DNA from: Sphingomonadales bacterium
GTDB lineage: Bacteria > Pseudomonadota > Alphaproteobacteria > Sphingomonadales > Sphingomonadaceae
Reading direction: 5' to 3'
DNA length: 64,000 nucleotides
Assembly: GCA_031415335.1 (NCBI GenBank)
Contig: JANORM010000068.1
Location: forward strand, 1,136-65,135
Under the pieces are notes generated by a model, which was given only the letters and a program-made list of their open reading frames with translations, was not told the origin of the DNA and did no database searches. The translations under genes were made by a program, and so were the position numbers. Below, piece after piece: positions 60,197 to 64,000 of the stretch. Within the stretch, counting starts at the first letter, position 1. Each line of letters begins with the position of its first letter.

Positions 60197-61171
60197 ATGA
60201 CTTTGGATTTGAATTACACGGCGCATGATCTCCATACGGGTCCAAAACGTGCGGCTTTAATATTCAGCAGCGAAACGAGAATGAACGATGTATGTCGCGA
60301 CACGGCGCATCTTGGCATCACAATTTGCGACGGTTCAGCGATAATCGATCAGCCCGAATTGGGCGTAACGCAGCCGCATTATGACCTGCTGCTGATCGAC
60401 CTTCAATCCAAATTGGAGCAACCTGAGCAACATTTGGCTAACGTTTCCAACTATCTCCGCGATAGCAATGTTGAGGCGGTAGTATGGACGGATTTGGGGG
60501 GTTTAGAGAGAGCTTATGCTTTCTTGCCCGTGTCGCGGTGCCATTTTTTAGTTGGGGCCAGCTCCGTCGATTCCATGCTGACAATTGCAAGGGCAATAAG
60601 GCGGGTTAAGATGAATTTAGTGCGCGGCGTTAACCGGGAAATCGAATTCAGCGCTTTGCACCGCATCAGCGATGAACTCGCTGATTTTGCCAAAACCTTA
60701 GCGCGTATCGCGGAACAAGATGGCGAGCAGGAAACGATAGGATTTGCCGAAAAGCCCGTCACGTTCCGGCCTGCGCCTTCCGCGCTTATGCAACCATTTG
60801 CGAATCCGATCGCGGTGCCGGACAAAAAAGTAACTGCGCGGTTTATCCGGGAAACGATCAAGTTGCGCCGGTTGCGCGAACGGTATTTTGCCGCCGATCT
60901 TTTCGCCGATCCGGCATGGGATATATTGCTGGATCTATTTGCGGCCCGCGCAGAAGGCGTTTCAGTTTCGGTATCCAGCCTGTGTATTGCCGCCGCTGTG
61001 CCGCCAACGACCGCGCTGCGCTGGATCACGGCAATGACCAGCAATGGTATATTATTGCGGCGTCACGATCCGGATGACGCGCGCCGGGTATTTATCGAAT
61101 TGTCAACCGAAACGGCTAAGCAATTGGAAAGCTATTTTTTGGAAATCCGGCGGCGCGGTGACCTTTTATAG
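60197..61171 (+). CDS. Winged-helix (MarR-like) protein with degenerate receiver-like N-terminus
   Basis: LFADPAWDILLDL, SSLCIAAAVPPTTALRWI and DPDDARRVFIELS motifs; AGGAGG ribosome-binding site. Confidence 0.8.
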   Translation: MTLDLNYTAHDLHTGPKRAALIFSSETRMNDVCRDTAHLGITICDGSAIIDQPELGVTQPHYDLLLIDLQSKLEQPEQHLANVSNYLRDSNVEAVVWTDLGGLERAYAFLPVSRCHFLVGASSVDSMLTIARAIRRVKMNLVRGVNREIEFSALHRISDELADFAKTLARIAEQDGEQETIGFAEKPVTFRPAPSALMQPFANPIAVPDKKVTARFIRETIKLRRLRERYFAADLFADPAWDILLDLFAARAEGVSVSVSSLCIAAAVPPTTALRWITAMTSNGILLRRHDPDDARRVFIELSTETAKQLESYFLEIRRRGDLL

Positions 61172-61253
61172 TGAAAAACGCTTGCCAACGGCGCAGCGTT
61201 TTGGCAATGGCCGTCGCGCTGAAGCAGAAACGATTCAGTTACCTGTGATACAG

Positions 61254-61329
61254 GGGCGCTTAGCTCAGTTGGTAGAGCATCTCGTTTACACCGAGAGGGT
61301 CAGCGGTTCGAGCCCGTTAGCGCCCACCA
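61254..61329 (+). tRNA. tRNA-Val(TAC)
   Basis: GGGCGCT/AGCGCCC acceptor stem, TCTCG-TTTACAC-CGAGA anticodon arm, GGTTCGAGCCC, CCA; 76 nt. Confidence 0.97.
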
Positions 61330-61402
61330 TAGCCCGAGAGGCATTGGTTCATTATTTAGTCATGTGGCCTTGATAGGGTGTCACAATTCTTGATCGGCAT
61401 GC

Positions 61403-62011
61403 TTAACGCGCCTCGGAAATCAATTTCGCCATTTCCGCATCATCCCATTCAACGCCGCCTTCGACCCGCCACACCTCGCGGCCCACGCTGTCGTATAAAA
61501 TTGTTGTCGGTAATTTCACGTTATTGGCCAGCAGGCCATTTTGCGTATCCGTATATGGCTCCAAATTCTCAAAGCCGTTTTGCGCAAAATAAGGCTGCAC
61601 GGCTTTGCGTCCTTCCAGATCCTGTGAGACGGCGATCACCGACACATTGCCTGCTTCGATTGCAGACAACCGGTCGAGCGTTGGCATTTCGGCTTTGCAC
61701 GGCGCACACCAAGTGGCCCAAATATTCACCAGCAATGGGCGGCCTGTAAAATCAGACAAGTGGACATCCCGGCCATCGGCGCCAGTGAATGTTACCCCCG
61801 GTGCGGGCGTTCCGGCATTGGCATAGCTCAAATTCGCCGTCATCCCGCTGCGACTTTCCAGGCCAATGTCGGCGCGTTGGTCTGCGCCCAAAGGCGGGCT
61901 GATACCGGCGGTGCTAGTTTCTTGCGCTTGCTCCTGCGGCGCTGAGGCTTTACCGCATCCTACGGTTAGTAGAATTGGCATCGCAAGGAGCATCATCATT
62001 AATACGCGCAT
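61403..62011 (-). CDS. tlpA: TlpA-like thioredoxin lipoprotein
   Basis: Lipobox TVGC and [15 protein letters not shown]; divergent from argH. Confidence 0.87.
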   Translation of the reverse strand: MRVLMMMLLAMPILLTVGCGKASAPQEQAQETSTAGISPPLGADQRADIGLESRSGMTANLSYANAGTPAPGVTFTGADGRDVHLSDFTGRPLLVNIWATWCAPCKAEMPTLDRLSAIEAGNVSVIAVSQDLEGRKAVQPYFAQNGFENLEPYTDTQNGLLANNVKLPTTILYDSVGREVWRVEGGVEWDDAEMAKLISEAR

Positions 62012-62057
62012 ATCTGTTTCCAATGCTTCCGGTTCCGATTCTGGTTCCGGAAATAAA

Positions 62058-63428
62058 ATGTGGGGCGGGCGGTTTGCAGGCGGTCCAGCCGCCGTCATGC
62101 GGGAGATAAATGCTTCGATCCCGTTCGACAAGCGGCTTTGGAAACTTGACATAATGGGCAGCATTGCCCATGCCGCGATGCTGGGTGCCACCAATATCAT
62201 TGATGCCGACGATGCTACCGCGATTATTGCCGGGTTGGAGGCGATTGCGGTTGAATATAATGCCAATGGTGTTCCCATCGATTTGGCGCTCGAAGATATT
62301 CATATGACCATCGAGTCCCGGTTAACCGAATTAATCGGTCCAGTGGCAGGACGGCTGCATACCGCAAGGTCGCGTAACGATCAGGTCGCGGTAGCGTTCC
62401 GCATGTGGGTGCGCGATGCGATGTTAGAGGCAGAAACGGCGTTGAATGTTCTTCGCGTTATATTGCTTGAGCGCGCAGAGCAACATGCAGATACCATCAT
62501 ACCCGGTTTTACCCATTTGCAAGTGGCGCAGCCAATCACGTTGGGCCATCATTTGCTGGCATATGTTGAGATGTTCGGCCGGGATATTGACCGATTTGCA
62601 TCGGCGCAGCAGCGGCTGGATGAATGCCCACTGGGCGCGGCGGCATTGGCGGGAACTGGGTTTGCCAATGACCGCCAGATGACGGCGCGCGCGCTGGGTT
62701 TTGCGCGGCCCACGGCAAACTCTATGGACAGCGTATCCGACCGTGATTTCGCGCTCGATTATTTGATGGCGGCCGGGCAAACCGCGTTGCATTTGTCGCG
62801 CCTTGCCGAAGAGATTATAATTTGGGCATCGCAGCCATTCGGCTTTGTAAAGCTGTCGGATGCATGGTCGACAGGCAGCTCAATCATGCCGCAAAAGCGC
62901 AATCCCGATGCCGCCGAACTGGTGCGCGGCCATACCGGACGGATCGTCGGGTGCATGAACGCGTTGATGATGACGATGAAAGGCCTGCCGCTGGCATATT
63001 CCAAAGATATGCAGAATGACAAGCCACCAGTGTTTGAGGCGCATGACCTGCTTGGCCTGTGCCTGACCGCGATGGCGGGCATGATCGAGAGCGTTACATT
63101 CAATCCCGAAAAAATGCGCGGCGCAGCAGACAGCGGCTTTTCGACTGCTACAGACCTTGCCGACTGGTTGGTGCGCGCCGTCAATATACCCTTTCGCGAA
63201 GCGCATCATATCACCGGCGCCACCGTTAAACTTTGCGAAGCGCGCGGCTGCGGATTGGCTGACCTGAGTATCGCGGACATAGTGGCCATTGATGCGCGGG
63301 CCGCCGGACATATTATGCCTGATTTGAGCGTTGAGGGATCGGTGGCAAGCCGAACCAGCTATGGCGGAACCGCGCCGGACAATGTAAGACAGCAGATATT
63401 GGACCTTAAAAAAGCGATGCCGCAATGA
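62058..63428 (+). CDS. argH: Argininosuccinate lyase
   Basis: [15 protein letters not shown] and [12 protein letters not shown] motifs. Confidence 0.97.
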   Translation: MWGGRFAGGPAAVMREINASIPFDKRLWKLDIMGSIAHAAMLGATNIIDADDATAIIAGLEAIAVEYNANGVPIDLALEDIHMTIESRLTELIGPVAGRLHTARSRNDQVAVAFRMWVRDAMLEAETALNVLRVILLERAEQHADTIIPGFTHLQVAQPITLGHHLLAYVEMFGRDIDRFASAQQRLDECPLGAAALAGTGFANDRQMTARALGFARPTANSMDSVSDRDFALDYLMAAGQTALHLSRLAEEIIIWASQPFGFVKLSDAWSTGSSIMPQKRNPDAAELVRGHTGRIVGCMNALMMTMKGLPLAYSKDMQNDKPPVFEAHDLLGLCLTAMAGMIESVTFNPEKMRGAADSGFSTATDLADWLVRAVNIPFREAHHITGATVKLCEARGCGLADLSIADIVAIDARAAGHIMPDLSVEGSVASRTSYGGTAPDNVRQQILDLKKAMPQ

Positions 63429-63745
63429 ATAGACGTTTAAAAATCTGCACATTGATGTCGGTGATTGCGTTGGGCGCATGCGGCAAAATGGGCGGATTAG
63501 AGCCGAAGCTGGGGGCAAAGCCGATACCTGCCGCATATGGCAGCGATCAGCCAGCATCTGCGGAACAACTCGCCACCGCCAGCGCGCAGGCACGTCCGGG
63601 GCGTAGCGTTGAATTGCTGCGCAGATCCAATCGGCGCGAAGAAGACCCGTTTGATTTGCCGCCCGGCGAAACCGCAATGCCCACTGAGCCAGCTGCGCCA
63701 GATTCCGGAAATCAAACATCTTCACCATCTCCCAAGACCCGATAA
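63425..63745 (+). CDS. Small lipoprotein between argH and lysA (LptM/YifL-like N-terminus)
   Basis: Lipobox LGAC followed by GKMGGLEP; disordered tail. Confidence 0.7.
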   Translation: MNRRLKICTLMSVIALGACGKMGGLEPKLGAKPIPAAYGSDQPASAEQLATASAQARPGRSVELLRRSNRREEDPFDLPPGETAMPTEPAAPDSGNQTSSPSPKTR

Positions 63746-63756
63746 ATACGGAATTT

Positions 63757-64000
63757 ATGAACCATTTTCAGATAGTTAATGGCGTCATGCACGCCGAAAA
63801 TGTTGCGTTGCCACAAATCGCAGCCGAGGTTGGCACGCCGGTTTATGTCTATTCGCGCGCCACCTTTATCCGCCATGCGCAGGTGTTCAGGGACGGCCTG
63901 TCGGGGATCGACAACCCGCACATCGCCTTTGCGGTAAAGTCCAATCCCAATTTGGCCGTTTTGCGGATTTTGGCGCGCGAGGGTTATGGCGCAGATGTTG
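63757..64000 (+). CDS. lysA: Diaminopimelate decarboxylase (partial; absent from ORF track)
   Basis: Manual translation MNHFQ...GTPVYVYS...[13 protein letters not shown]...GADV. Confidence 0.93.
   Translation, partial: MNHFQIVNGVMHAENVALPQIAAEVGTPVYVYSRATFIRHAQVFRDGLSGIDNPHIAFAVKSNPNLAVLRILAREGYGADV

Noticed and set aside
61330-61402. Integrative element at tRNA-Val
   Set aside because: Core genes follow at once; no integrase or att repeat was seen.
61866-62278. Apparent overlap of the argH and tlpA ORFs
   Set aside because: The likely starts (62058 and 62011) are divergent and do not overlap.

Overview
This 64 kb window looks like chromosomal DNA from an alphaproteobacterium of the Sphingomonadales (Sphingorhabdus-like, inferred from gene content and synteny). 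Most of it is core genome: hom, pcm-tolC-popZ, ubiH/ftsK/lolA, infC, the aa3 cytochrome c oxidase cluster, pyrE-pdxJ-acpS-lepB, atm1, recQ, rarD, pyrC, ygfZ, rlpA, dcp, tlpA/argH/lysA, tRNA-Cys and tRNA-Val. The main accessory block (about 6.9-16.3 kb) follows tRNA-Cys. It carries a siderophore receptor with piuC, an unannotated RHS/YD-repeat relic, a candidate structured leader RNA and a glyco-biosynthetic cluster. That cluster has an extended SDR, TIGR04283-like and TIGR04282-like transferases, a small secreted CxxC protein, a GT-C/GT2 fusion and a membrane-anchored DUF547, but no radical SAM partner in the window. Non-coding signals include a candidate sRNA after lolA, two or three Bru-RS-like double-hairpin repeats, a dispersed TAGGGTC-AG-GACCCTA palindrome at gene ends, many 11-19 bp tandem micro-duplications and a non-canonical ATC start for infC. 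No CRISPR array, integrase, transposase or prophage was seen. All family assignments come from motif recognition by eye; no database searches were run.
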